Assembly (NCBI GenBank): GCA_024626585.2 | Contig: JANKJI020000004.1 | Location: 67,221,108-67,248,756 of the forward strand | Direction: 5' to 3' | Length of the DNA: 27,649 bases | Source of the DNA: Ginkgo biloba | Lineage: Eukaryota > Plantae > Ginkgophyta | The notes under the pieces: model-generated | What the model was told of the DNA's origin: nothing | Database searches by the model: none | What the model saw: only the letters and a program-made list of their open reading frames with translations | Program-made: the position numbers and the translations under genes | Part shown: positions 10,598-21,800 of the stretch, piece after piece | Position numbering within the stretch: position 1 is the stretch's first letter | Layout of the letters: each line of letters opens with the position of its first letter

Positions 10598-11021
10598 CCC
10601 TGATACCATGATGCCTAATTATAATACACCATATAAGAACTTCAAGTTTGGTGAAACTTTGATACGTACATAAGTTTGCAAGTCTAAAATTGTGCATACC
10701 GTGGGGTGTTACCAAGATGCTCATGCACCATACCCCCTTTCTTGGAAAATAAAGTATGAGATCCTAATCATGATTCATTTCTCTCTTCTTTACTCCTCTA
10801 GGCCTTATCTGATTCATATAATTTGGTGCTCTATCCATGCTTCCTTTGTCTCATACCTATGTGTGAGGCTCTATTGCTCAATTAACTCAATGACGCTTTG
10901 CTTCTTAATTCCAAAGCTCTTTGATATTCTTCCTCTTTCTTCTTTTTCTTTATTTGGCTCTAATACCATATGATGGTATCAAAACCCTTTCTCTATGAGT
11001 TTTTCCTATGCTTTGATACCA
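10598..11021 (-). mobile_element. Chain of PBS / PPT / miniature-LTR modules (TRIM-like), non-coding
   Basis: Read on the minus strand: PBS 11021-11010, PBS 10968-10957, PPT AAGAAAGGGGG 10743-10733, a 122-bp TGGTGCA...GGCATCA segment 10730-10609, then PBS 10608-10598. Confidence 0.6.
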
Positions 11022-11023
11022 CA

Positions 11024-11954
11024 TGATGCAGGTTGGTAGGTGTTATCACACAGACTACCCACCTCTAGGATCTTTAAAACTAGATAGATCTCCTAATGTG
11101 GAGACTTAGNNNNNNNNNNNNNNTCGATCCATCAAAAAAAAATCATAGAAGTCCAAATAAAAACCCATAGTGGAAACCCATGAACATCACAGAATAAAAT
11201 GAAAGAATTTTCTATCAAATAAACACACCATGAGATATGAGAAAATTATTTTTAACTGGAGAAAATCTCATGGGGAATAAAATTCTAGATCACATTAAGT
11301 TTAAAATGTATCAGACATTAAATACATTCACCCTCAGTGAGTTCTTCCTCACTATTAGAGGGCCAAATATAATGATTTACCCATAAAATTAATTTTATAT
11401 TTTGAGCCACTTTCCCTACATCATTGAGTTGCCTCCCAGTTAGTGTATTTTCTCAGCCTTAATCTTTACTTGGAACAATCCACATCGCCATCCTCTTCAA
11501 CTACCTCTCTTGGTGTTTTATCAGCATCCTCATATTAGGATAAATCCCCTTCACATATGCTCAACTACTCTTAACACCTTGGTAGAATCTACCATTGTTA
11601 ATATAATACCGACTACCTCCATCAGTGGTTATGTTACTCTGTAAGTGCCTCTAACACCAAACACTTAGTAGATTGTCTCCTCTTGACAAAATTCTCTATT
11701 GCCAACATCCTCTACTATGTTCTTCAAATCCACTTTCTCTAGTGAATCTACCCAAGAGAATATTTTGCATTACTTTTCTCTGCTTCCATGGTATAATCTA
11801 CCTCGCTCGCATCCCCTCTTATGACTCCCCACATTCATATTTACTAATGAATTTATCCAAATGAGTGTGTTGAATTTCTCTTCTCTATTCCCAAAAATAA
11901 ACCTAGATAACCAACCACTGGCCAACTAAGGGAACCACCTCCTAAAGATAAACT
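11024..11954 (-). mobile_element. LTR (3' ~0.9 kb), minus strand, ending CCTGCATCA before a PBS
   Basis: The end motif is followed by PBS TGGTATCAAAGC. It carries the conserved TAGAATTTTATTCCCCATGAG motif (11258-11288, rc) and shares TAAGTGTTTGGTGT and AGATCCTAGA.GTGG with the LTR at 26312-27387. Confidence 0.75.
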
Positions 11955-12215
11955 NNNNNNNNNNNNNNNNNNNNNNNNNNNNNNNNNNNNNNNNNNNNNN
12001 NNNNNNNNNNNNNNNNNNNNNNNNNNNNNNNNNNNNNNNNNNNNNNNNNNNNNNNNNNNNNNNNNNNNNNNNNNNNNNNNNNNNNNNNNNNNNNNNNNNN
12101 NNNNNNNNNNNNNNNNNNNNNNNNNNNNNNNNNNNNNNNNNNNNNNNNNNNNNNNNNNNNNNNNNNNNNNNNNNNNNNNNNNNNNNNNNNNNNNNNNNNN
12201 NNNNNNNNNNNNNNN

Positions 12216-13900
12216 ATGGAATGAGATATGGTAACAGTGTGAGAGAGTGATAAGGAATGGAACGAGAGCATTCCAATGGATGGGTCTGTGCAGGGGAAAG
12301 AAGAGAAGGAACTAAGTGAGGTTCCATATGGAGATGAGATTCTAGGCGAAGAAGCTGAAGAGGTTCTGCACGGTGAGGAGGATTATGAGGAAGTCTTGTA
12401 TGGGAAACTAAATGAAGGATTCAGGATGTTTGGGTCCCAACCATATATAAAATTTATGGTTGGTGAAGTTGAAGTTGCAACGAAGGAAATAATAGATGTT
12501 TCCCATGATGGCGATAAAGTGATCTATGATGGAGCAACAGAATAGAAGGAAGGCTTGGAAAGATAAGAAAGAGAATTGTGTTGCCTTAATTATTTGTTAG
12601 GTTTTAACAATTTGGATATGCCCTTCGAAGATGCAAAGGAGGAAGAAGATGAGGAAGTTGTGAAGATAGAAAAGCAAGTCAATGACAATGGTGATGATGG
12701 TAAGCAAGTCAATGGAGCTCTTGGGGAACTTGAATTATAGGCAAATGAGAGAACCAATGAAGAGGATGGTAACTTGGGAAAATGACTCGAGGAGAAGTCA
12801 AAAAAGAACCAAGGGTGGTCAACTAATGATATGGATCAGTTGGAGTAAATGCACCGAAGATTAGATGGGGAGAAATGGATCAATGAATAAAGTGTATCAT
12901 TTATTGAACAATCGAAGAGTGTTCGATAGACAAATAAAGGAGGCTAGTGAACAACCAAGAGAGGTAAGAAAATGAGCAACAAATGGAGAGTGAGCAACTA
13001 AATGAAGGTGATAAATTATCCAAGGGATATTGGACAAAAGACTTAAAAGAGTTGAATGAATGGTCCATGGGGAGTATAATGAATGATCCAAGGTAGACAA
13101 GCGAACAAACCATAGAAGGCCAAAAAAATGGTCAATGGTAGTGGGAAAATAATGAAGATAATTTTTTCCCATTTGGTAATTTTATAGGTGATGTTGAAAC
13201 CATAGAGGAACCTCATGAGAAAGAGGTTTTTTATTCATACATGATCATGGAGGAGCATAAGGAGGATAATAAATTAGACATGGTGGGAAGATCCACATTT
13301 CAAGAATATAGAGATGAATACAACTAATAAAATTTGCAAAAAGGTGTGGAGGAAGGATTGAATGGGGATTTGATAATGAGGGAGGAAGGAACTATTAAGG
13401 TGTAGAGGATGAAAAAAAATATGTATGGAAAGTAACTATGGAGGTGAGAGAAGGTGATAAGGTAAAGATGCTATAAAATCACTTGGAGAAGGTGCTAGAT
13501 GAGACAAGATAATAGGAATAAAGCAATAATAAGTGTTGGGAGAAGTGGAAAGATAAAGTTACTAGAGAGAAGTGTGTGGAACATGGAAGAAGAATAGATG
13601 GAATCAGATGAATTTTTATAGGGAGAGATGGATAAGGGCATAAGTAGGGGATCATACTTATTATTTATAATAAGGGGATGATGATGTAGGATAATATACC
13701 ATTTTTGATGAGTGATTTATGTCAGTAGTAATTTTGGTGAGATGGTAGGTTATTTTGGATGAATAGGCTAAAATTGGATTGATTTTGCATGAGAAGGATA
13801 AGGGTTGTGGACGAACAACCTAAAGAAAGTATTATATAGAGTGGAAAAAGAGCTAGAAAAAGGTACCTAATGAATGAGCATGGAAAGACATATGAGTGGA
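12216..13900 (+). pseudogene. Highly decayed, purine-rich, Glu/Asp-rich coding relic, probably TE-internal
   Basis: There is a strong G+A strand skew. One acidic reading frame (12276 onward) continues through isolated stops. No recognisable domain. Confidence 0.35.
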
Positions 13901-14990
13901 AAAAATCAATTTTTCAAATGGGTTTGGGAAGCCCAACAAATAGACCAAAAAAGAATTTCCCATGAGCACTAATATTTTTGTTTATTGGTATAAAAAAGGC
14001 ATATGTTTGGTATAATATTTTAGGGTTTTCAAAGCAATAGATGGATCTAATCAAATTTTATTATGCCACCTACCTCAACATTATAAATAATTTTTTTCAC
14101 TTATCTTAAATGCCATCTCACTAGAGATTGAAACAAAAGGGCATATAAAGTCTAAAGAAAAATGATGGTAAGATTTATATTGGTAGTGAAAAATGCCATT
14201 TTTGAATTTCTTTAGAAAAATAGTAAACTCTATTATAACCTACCTAATCAATGTATATGAATCTAAAAAAAATTAGGGTGTTGCATGATAATCAAACATG
14301 ATGGGACTATATAATTTGAGTCCTTTAGGAGACTCAAACTATAATGGGAGAAAAAATGTGGATCTTATTACAAAATATTATATCCCTTAGTAAAATAATG
14401 GAAATAATTGGTATCCCTTTAAGCATCTAAGAATTGTCCCATCACTTATTTTTTGGATTTCCCTCACATATTTTCCTTTTATAAGGGTATTATTTATACT
14501 ACTTACCCTTTTAGGAACATAGATATAACCCTATATTAATCTCCATAAAGATACTTACACCCTAGATATTGGTTTCAATAAATTATGGAATCCCCTTTGA
14601 ATTGAAAGTTTTTATGCTATATGGTCTCTTAGAAGCAACTTCTTTGACAATAATATTACAATAAATGTTTTCTTAGATATTGTGAATTAGTTGATGCCTA
14701 CCCTAATTATCTAAATGCATGCCTCTATTAACAGCCATGCTTTGGAGGTAAGATATTCTAGCACATTTATTTTAGAAACTTTTTTTTTTCCCTCTTAGAA
14801 CTTGAAAGTAGTATGTTGTTATGTCAAAAAGTGATAAATAACCATAAATGTTGCTCCAAAAGATATAAAAATCATATTAATATCATAATACATGAAATAT
14901 ATCCATAATATATCAAATATCCATGTCTCAAGTCCACAAAAATACAATATAATTATCAAGAGAGAGATAACACTCTATTATCCATAAGAT

Positions 14991-15075
14991 GAAGAGGAAG
15001 CACTTTGCTTCTAAGTAGAGGAGGGAAGCACTCTACTTCCAAGTAGAAGAGAAAAGTTATCTTCTTTCCCAAGTA
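14991..15075 (+). repeat. Three degenerate ~28-bp tandem units (GAAGAGGAAGCACT.T.CTTC.AAGTA)
   Basis: Units start at 14991, 15018 and 15046. Confidence 0.75.
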
Positions 15076-17191
15076 GCAAGAAGATCAATCTAATCCTAAA
15101 ATATAGGTTCTCATAAGGATAATAATAAATAATAATCAATGTTTGAATGATGATAATAAATGAGAGAGAATGTTCTTTTATATTTTAAATGAGGGTGCTT
15201 CACTCCAAGAGTCACAATAATTTAAATGTAGGTTACAACTCACTTATGAAGACTCTAAGTGTTACTTAAGTTATATCACCATATTTAGGGTCTTTTANNN
15301 NNNNNNNNNNNNNNNNNNNNNNNNNNNNNNNNNNNNNNNNNNNNNNNNNNNNNNNNNNNNNNNNNNNNNNNNNNNNNNNNNNNNNNNNNNNNNNNNNCCC
15401 CTTTTTTTTTGTAATTTCTCAACAACTATAATAACTATTTACTTAAATCCTTTGTATTTAGCTTAATTTTTTTAGTGTTTGATTTTAAGGTTAAGAAGTA
15501 ATGTTTTATGTTTCTCACCTTGAGAGATACTCTTTCTCATGTTTTATGCTTCTTCCCTTGAGTAATACTTTTGCTACAATGTGTAGAGAGGTCAAACACA
15601 CCATAATAAAATGAAAAGAACATTATAATTATAAACTAAATATATTATTTTTCTTATTATAAATTACTTTAAAGTATATAGATTTAACTCAACAACTATT
15701 CCTCTAATAAAATGGACTTTGAATGCAACTAACTTATCAAACTTTTGTTTATAGCAATGTAAGCAATGGATGCCTATACCCCAAAAAACATACACTTGTT
15801 GAATGTCAAGTCGAGCCTAATCGCTCCTGTTACAAAGAATCAAGGTTAACAGTGTAATCTTTATAATAACAATTAAATTAATAAAAATAACTACTCCAAT
15901 ACCACAATACATATTCAAGATGATAAATTTTGAGTTTAAAGCAATATTAAGGACGTTGTTGCACAATCAAACTCATAGTTACTCTTCTTAAAATATTTTT
16001 CTATTTAAGTAATTTATATATGATACAAAGTTTGAAATGATATTTTCAACTATTGTTATTAGAACATTTACTGTTCTGATTGCAAAAGAAAAATCATTCT
16101 ACAAATTAAAATTGATAATCGAGTTCGTAATTTATATTCAAATTATTTACTCTACATTACAATTACTTTGAAGAAGGCTTTCTTCTTTAAGAATAAAAAT
16201 TTACTTATCCATATTTTATTAGTGGATGAAAATATGCACGTGTGTGTTTTAACTAATGTTCATTTGAAGTGAAAGAATTTTACACTTCTCAAAATAATAG
16301 GTGCCACAATCATGCCAACACATGCATTTTTTTAAGAGTTAGAGATAAGATTTCCATAATAATCATGTTGTAAAATATCATTTCAAATAATGATTGAGCA
16401 AGAGTGTAATTTAAAAACGCAATGAATGCGCCTACCCATGTGTGAGAAGGTGAATCTATATCACTTGTTTTCGAAGGAATCCATAATAAAATTTCTAGAC
16501 AAAATTTAACAAAATATTATATTACAAACATTGAATCTTGACATATCATTATTTGTACTTGAGTTATTTTTTAGAGGAAGATGAGATTAGAAAGAGGAGG
16601 GAGGAGGAGAGGAGAGACATAATAAGGAAATCTTGTAGCATTATTTTAAATACCTAAAGTNNNNNNNNNNNNNNNNNNNNNNNNNNNNNNNNNNNNNNNN
16701 NNNNNNNNNNNNNNNNNNNNNNNNNNNNNNNNNNNNNNNNNNNNNNNNNNNNNNNNNNNNNNNNNNNNNNNNNNNNNNNNNNNNNNNNNNNNNNNNNNNN
16801 NNNNNNNNNNNNNNNNNNNNNNNNNNNNNNNNNNNNNNNNNNNNNNNNNNNNNNNNNNNNNNNNNNNNNNNNNNNNNNNNNNNNNNNNNNNNNNNNNNNN
16901 NNNNNNNNNNNNNNNNNNNNNNNNNNNNNNNNNNNNNNNNNNNNNNNNNNNNNNNNNNNNNNNNNNNNNNNNNNNNNNNNNNNNNNNNNNNNNNNNNNNN
17001 NNNNNNNNNNNNNNNNNNNNNNNNNNNNNNNNNNNNNNNNNNNNNNNNNNNNNNNNNNNNNNNNNNNNNNNNNNNNNNNNNNNNNNNNNNNNNNNNNNNN
17101 NNNNNNNNNNNNNNNNNNNNNNNNNNNNNNNNNNNNNNNNNNNNNNNNNNNNNNNNNNNNNNNNNNNNNNNNNNNNNNNNNNNNNNNNNNN

Positions 17192-17239
<48 letters not shown>

Positions 17240-17269
17240 GGGGGGGAGGGGGGGGGGGGGGGGGGGGGG
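17192..17269. repeat. 78-bp near-pure poly-G run at a gap edge, probably an artefact
   Basis: Only two A interruptions; directly abuts a 531-N gap. Confidence 0.8.
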
Positions 17270-17579
17270 TGTTAGGCAGTGCACTGATGATGCTAATAAT
17301 TATAAATTGAGCTAATAGAAAGAGTTTTTCATATACAGTGCATGGTCTACATATAATTACATGCGGCAATGTAAATGGAGAGAAAAAAAGATTGCATAAT
17401 TTTTTTAAAAGGGTATGTTCTTGATCATGACAAAAAAAACTTGGAAAGAGTATAATACCTAAGGAAAGGTTGGTTACAGATACGAAAGTCTATGGGAGGC
17501 AACAAAATACATGGCTGAGTTGTTCATTTGGTAGTGAATGGAGAGCATCAATTATTAAAAGAAAACAAAAGGGTGGCTT

Positions 17580-17960
17580 TAGAGTGCGTCCCCACACGAC
17601 GCAGTGGCACACAAAGTCACTCCTTTTTAACCGCCCGGTTGGCCCACCGGTTAAATGCTGTGGTCCGTCCCGCTAATAATTAAACTTTGTCGCGCTGTTG
17701 ACTCTAAAATAACTTGGATAATTCCCAGAGGTGGGGCCCGCCATAAGCCCTCTGCCACACTGCTTTGACGGGGTCAGATGCGCAGCTGGAGTCGCCTCGT
17801 CTCCAACGGGACGTGCGTAACGGTGCCCGGTTCACCGCGCGGTTTTCTGCCCTTGTTATTTAGGTGCCATCTGAGTAGTTTTGCTACATGTGCCCTCCGT
17901 TTAGGGGCACCTTGCCATGTGTCCGTAGGGGACCCTCCCTTAAAATTCATCCGATTCTTG
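17580..17960 (+). promoter_or_regulatory. CpG/GC-rich proximal promoter island of the trihelix gene with TCP (GTGGGGCC 17731-17738; GGCCCAC 17641-17647), GT-box/MYB (TTAACC 17627-17632, GGTTAA 17649-17654) and ACGTG (~17811) motifs
   Basis: CpGs are retained here, in contrast to the CpG-poor flanking TE DNA. The island lies ~370-750 bp upstream of the ATG. Motifs were read directly; function is untested. Confidence 0.6.
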
Positions 17961-18327
17961 TTATTTCTTTTTTTGTGTATCAGGCAATAGCCTGTGATTC
18001 CCAGGTCTTCACCTATGATGTTTACCTTCGAGTACTTCTTGGACCATCTTGCTAGACTANNNNNNNNNNGAATTTGTGTGCACTTATTCATGTGATTTTG
18101 AAGCCATTTTTTTCTGCACCAATCTAAGTCATACACAGACTGCAGTCCTCTACTTCTGTGCATTTTGTCCTTAATTTTAATGGGTGTCCTCCACTTTTGA
18201 TCCCCCTTGCCCTTGCCCGGTTGTCCTGTGAACTTGGATGTGGAAAATGGTGTTAATGCTGTGATTGAATTGCCCTCCTTTTTTTAAAATTTTTATATCA
18301 GAAGGGATTGAAAAAGTTGTTTGGAGA

Positions 18328-18812
18328 ATGCAGGCAAGTGGAGTACAATATGGAGTGCCAGAGGTCTCTCAATTCATGGGGGGGAGGGGTCCCCCAGTTC
18401 ATGCTCATAACATGTTTGCACTCTCTCAGTCCTCTTCCGAGCACCAATTTCCTTCTCATTCAGAACAACAGTTAAATGCTCATAATCATCAGCAAAAACC
18501 ACAGGAACTACAGCAGCAGCAGCAACAAAAGATTCAAATGGTTAATGCTGGAAAGATCGGAATAGGAACAGAATCTCCCNNNNNNNNNNNNNNNNNNNNN
18601 NNNNNNNNNNNNNNNNNNNNNNNNGTGGAGACTTCCAACAGTGGAGCTGGAGATGATGACACGTTTGGCAACGAAGAGTCTGAGAGAGGAGGATCTGCAG
18701 GAAATCGATGGCCAAGGCAGGAAACTCTTGCTCTTCTCAAAATTCGATCTGAAATGGATACAACTTTCCGAGATGCAAGCCTCAAAGGGCCTCTTTGGGA
18801 ACATGTGTCACG
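18328..18812 (+). CDS. GTL1: Trihelix GT-2-like TF exon 1 (N-terminus, poly-Q, first half of trihelix domain 1)
   Basis: ATG at 18328 (MQASGVQYGVPEVSQFM). The frame is maintained across the 45-N gap. The exon ends at ...WEHVS-R, CG|GTATAT, with the donor GT at 18813, the phase-2 intron position typical of GT-2 genes. Confidence 0.9.
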
Positions 18813-21800
18813 GTATATCTTCCACATTTCTTCCTCTATTTCTTACATNNNNNNNNNNNNNNNNNNNNNNNNNNNNNNNNNNNNNNNNNNNNNNNNNNNN
18901 NNNNNNNNNNNNNNNNNNNNNNNNNNNNNNNNNNNNNNNNNNNNNNNNNNNNNNNNNNNNNNNNNNNNNNNNNNNNNNNNNNNNNNNNNNNNNNNNNNNN
19001 NNNNNNNNNNNNNNNNNNNNNNNNNNNNNNNNNNNNNNNNNNNNNNNNNNNNNNNNNNNNNNNNNNNNNNNNNNNNNNNNNNNNNNNNNNNNNNNNNNNN
19101 NNNNNNNNNNNNNNNNNTTTTTCTAAAGTTAATGTTCCATGGCAAAGCTTGAAAACGAAATTGATAACAATGTTTTCTTCAAAATTGAAGCTACAAATCT
19201 AAACCTATTTCAAAAGGGAAAAAAAGAAATAGAAATGAAATTAGTAGCTTCCAAATAACCCAGAGAAAACAAAGGGCATTGAAAGCTTCAAAATTTTATC
19301 CATACCCTTTGATTCAAATTTTACCCATATCCTTTGATTCGAATCATATAAGTGTTTGTTGCATGTAATGAGACCGAGTCACAAATAATCCATGATATCT
19401 TAACGACCTCCTACAGTTTATGGATTGATTTGACTATTTCTGCACAGTTTCGGATTCTGAAAGACATGAGTAGCTTACAGAGGGATGTAGTACTAGTAGC
19501 CAGCTTGAACGAATCATGGTCAGCTAGTCGTAAGACGATCAGACAGACAGGTGACATACTGTTCGTTGATTAGCGACTCGAAACAGTTGAATGCTGCAAC
19601 CAACAATGCTAGACTTAACATAAAATGTCGCATTTTTAGGTGCACGCGGGCCAGATAAATTAGTGAGATTATAAATCCCGCTTCTTAATAATTTGATCAG
19701 ATGCAATCTGATGGCATCGTCACGTTGCGAACAGTCCTCAATTGTAGGGATAATCTTAGAGTTTTTTTTAATAATAATAATAATAATAACTCAACTACTG
19801 AGAAAATGCAAAGATTATACGCGCTGCCACATCCAGAATGCCTATCGTATCTTTAAATCATCAGAGTTTTTAGGACACAATTACTTGTTAGTTTCGGTCT
19901 AGGCTATCATAATCAATTTTATGACCTGTTAGGGCCATAGAAATATTACCATCTCATTGGTTTCTCGGACTATTCTTCAAGCTACTGTGGTGTAATCTGA
20001 TAGAAGTGGTGTGTAGATTAGATTGATCAGTGGGGGGCACTTGGAACTTCACCGACGCTGGTCGCAAGTTCGAATCCATGGAGATCATATTTGGTGCGAG
20101 TCTCTGCAATAAAACCTCTCTGAAAATCGGATTCTAAGACTCATTTTAAGTTTGCACTTAGGTTTTCTTTCCGTCTTCACAACACTTCTTACATGATATG
20201 ATATTCTGATATCTCATATATCAGAATATGATAGTAAATCATAAAAGTTATCTTGCACATAATGATTTTTTTTTCCTTTTTCATATTGTGAGCAAGCAGA
20301 ATTACAGGAGCATTCCAGGGTGCCGATTCGTCCGCCTATCTATGATACTGATTGATATATTTACATGAATATACATGCAATAATTTAATAGATATAATGA
20401 AATTGAGTATCCTAAACAAGTGAGTACGGGCTCGTAGGTTTTAACAGATGTCCGATTCCACGTCTAGTTTAGCTTGTTGAAGCCTTTAACAAGAACTCAA
20501 AGCATGTACATGAACTGGATTTTGATTTATTAAAGGCGAACGTATAGAATATGCTTATTGTTGTCTGCGTCTCAAGTGTATTACGGGTCGGCACCTCTAC
20601 TCAATGCCCATTTCTGATTTGAAAGTTATATCAAATTTGAGGCCTATAATGTCCTTCATAGGGCAAGCCTGGATTAAGATAAAATCCCTTCAACTGAAAA
20701 AGCAAGTTCAAATGCTTTTTTCTTGAAAAGGAAGGGCAAATCCTACACAAAGCTTTGATTACTATACATGTACTCTACTTTTGAGCTTTTACAAATGATG
20801 GGCTGTATTTTGAGAAGGCTGCTAGTTGTACGTCATGTAACTTTATGATGCTGATCTGAATTCCAAGTTTTACACTGAATTTCCGCTATAAGATTCAGGA
20901 CTCTAATAGGCTAGAATTCTTTTGTTGTATTAAGATTGCTTCATGTCTAACATGAGGATGTAGCTTATGNNNNNNNNNNNNNNNNNNNNNNNNNNNNNNN
21001 NNNNNNNNNNNNNNNNNNNNNNNNNNNNNNNNNNNNNNNNNNNNNNNNNNNNNNNNNNNNNNNNNNNNNNNNNNNNNNNNNNNNNNNNNNNNNNNNNNNN
21101 NNNNNNNNNNNNNNNNNNNNNNNNNNNNNNNNNNNNNNNNNNNNNNNNNNNNNNNNNNNNNNNNNNNNNNNNNNNNNNNNNNNNNNNNNNNNNNNNNNNN
21201 NNNNNNNNNNNNNNNNNNNNNNNNNNNNNNNNNNNNNNNNNNNNNNNNNNNNNNNNNNNNNNNNNNNNNNNNNNNNNNNNNNNNNNNNNNNNNNNNNNNN
21301 NNNNNNNNNNNNNNNNNNNNNNNNNNNNNNNNNNNNNNNNNNNNNNNNNNNNNNNNNNNNNNNNNNNNNNNNNNNNNNNNNNNNNNNNNNNNNNNNNNNN
21401 NNNNNNNNNNNNNNNNNNNNNNNNNNNNNNNNNNNNNNNNNNNNNNNNNNNNNNNNNNNNNNNNNNNCTTGCAGGGCCATGCAGATCCAGTGAGCAACGG
21501 ACAAGGACTCAATTCTAATCATAATAATAATAATAATCACAACAACAATAATTTAGGAGGCAATTTCATGGGTGGCACAAGTGGAGCAAACACAGACAAT
21601 TTTAGTGGTGGTATCAGTTTTTCTTCTGAGTCATCAGAGGATGACTATGATGAGCCGAGGGATGATGGCAATAACAGGAAGAGGAAACGGAGCTCCACGC
21701 AAAAAATGATGGCATTTTTCGAAAAACTCATGAAACAAGTCATAGAGAATCAGGAGAAAATGCAGCAGAAGTTTTTGGAAGCCATAGAGAAGAGGGAGCA

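Noticed and set aside
15501-15572. Short two-copy tandem duplications (38 bp here; ~26 bp at 19291-19340)
   Set aside because: Ordinary slippage duplications with no further structure.
16641-17369. Poly-proline (extensin/formin-like) ORFs and a G-quadruplex reading of the poly-G
   Set aside because: The ORFs come purely from a G homopolymer plus Ns at a gap edge, which is typical of a sequencing or assembly artefact.
17774-18163. 129-aa antisense ORF and 70-aa sense ORF in the promoter
   Set aside because: No recognisable domain. Open frames are expected in a GC-rich island, and one of them crosses a gap.
18265-18327. ORF-track N-terminal extension (MNCPPFF...)
   Set aside because: It starts at TTG. 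The ATG at 18328 gives the family-like N-terminus.
20010-20090. Intact tRNA gene
   Set aside because: No convincing acceptor or anticodon stems by eye; only the box motifs remain.
20895-21540. Long X-filled ORFs in the track (also 11926-12327, 23068-23466, 24018-24758)
   Set aside because: Their length comes from N runs, not from coding sequence.
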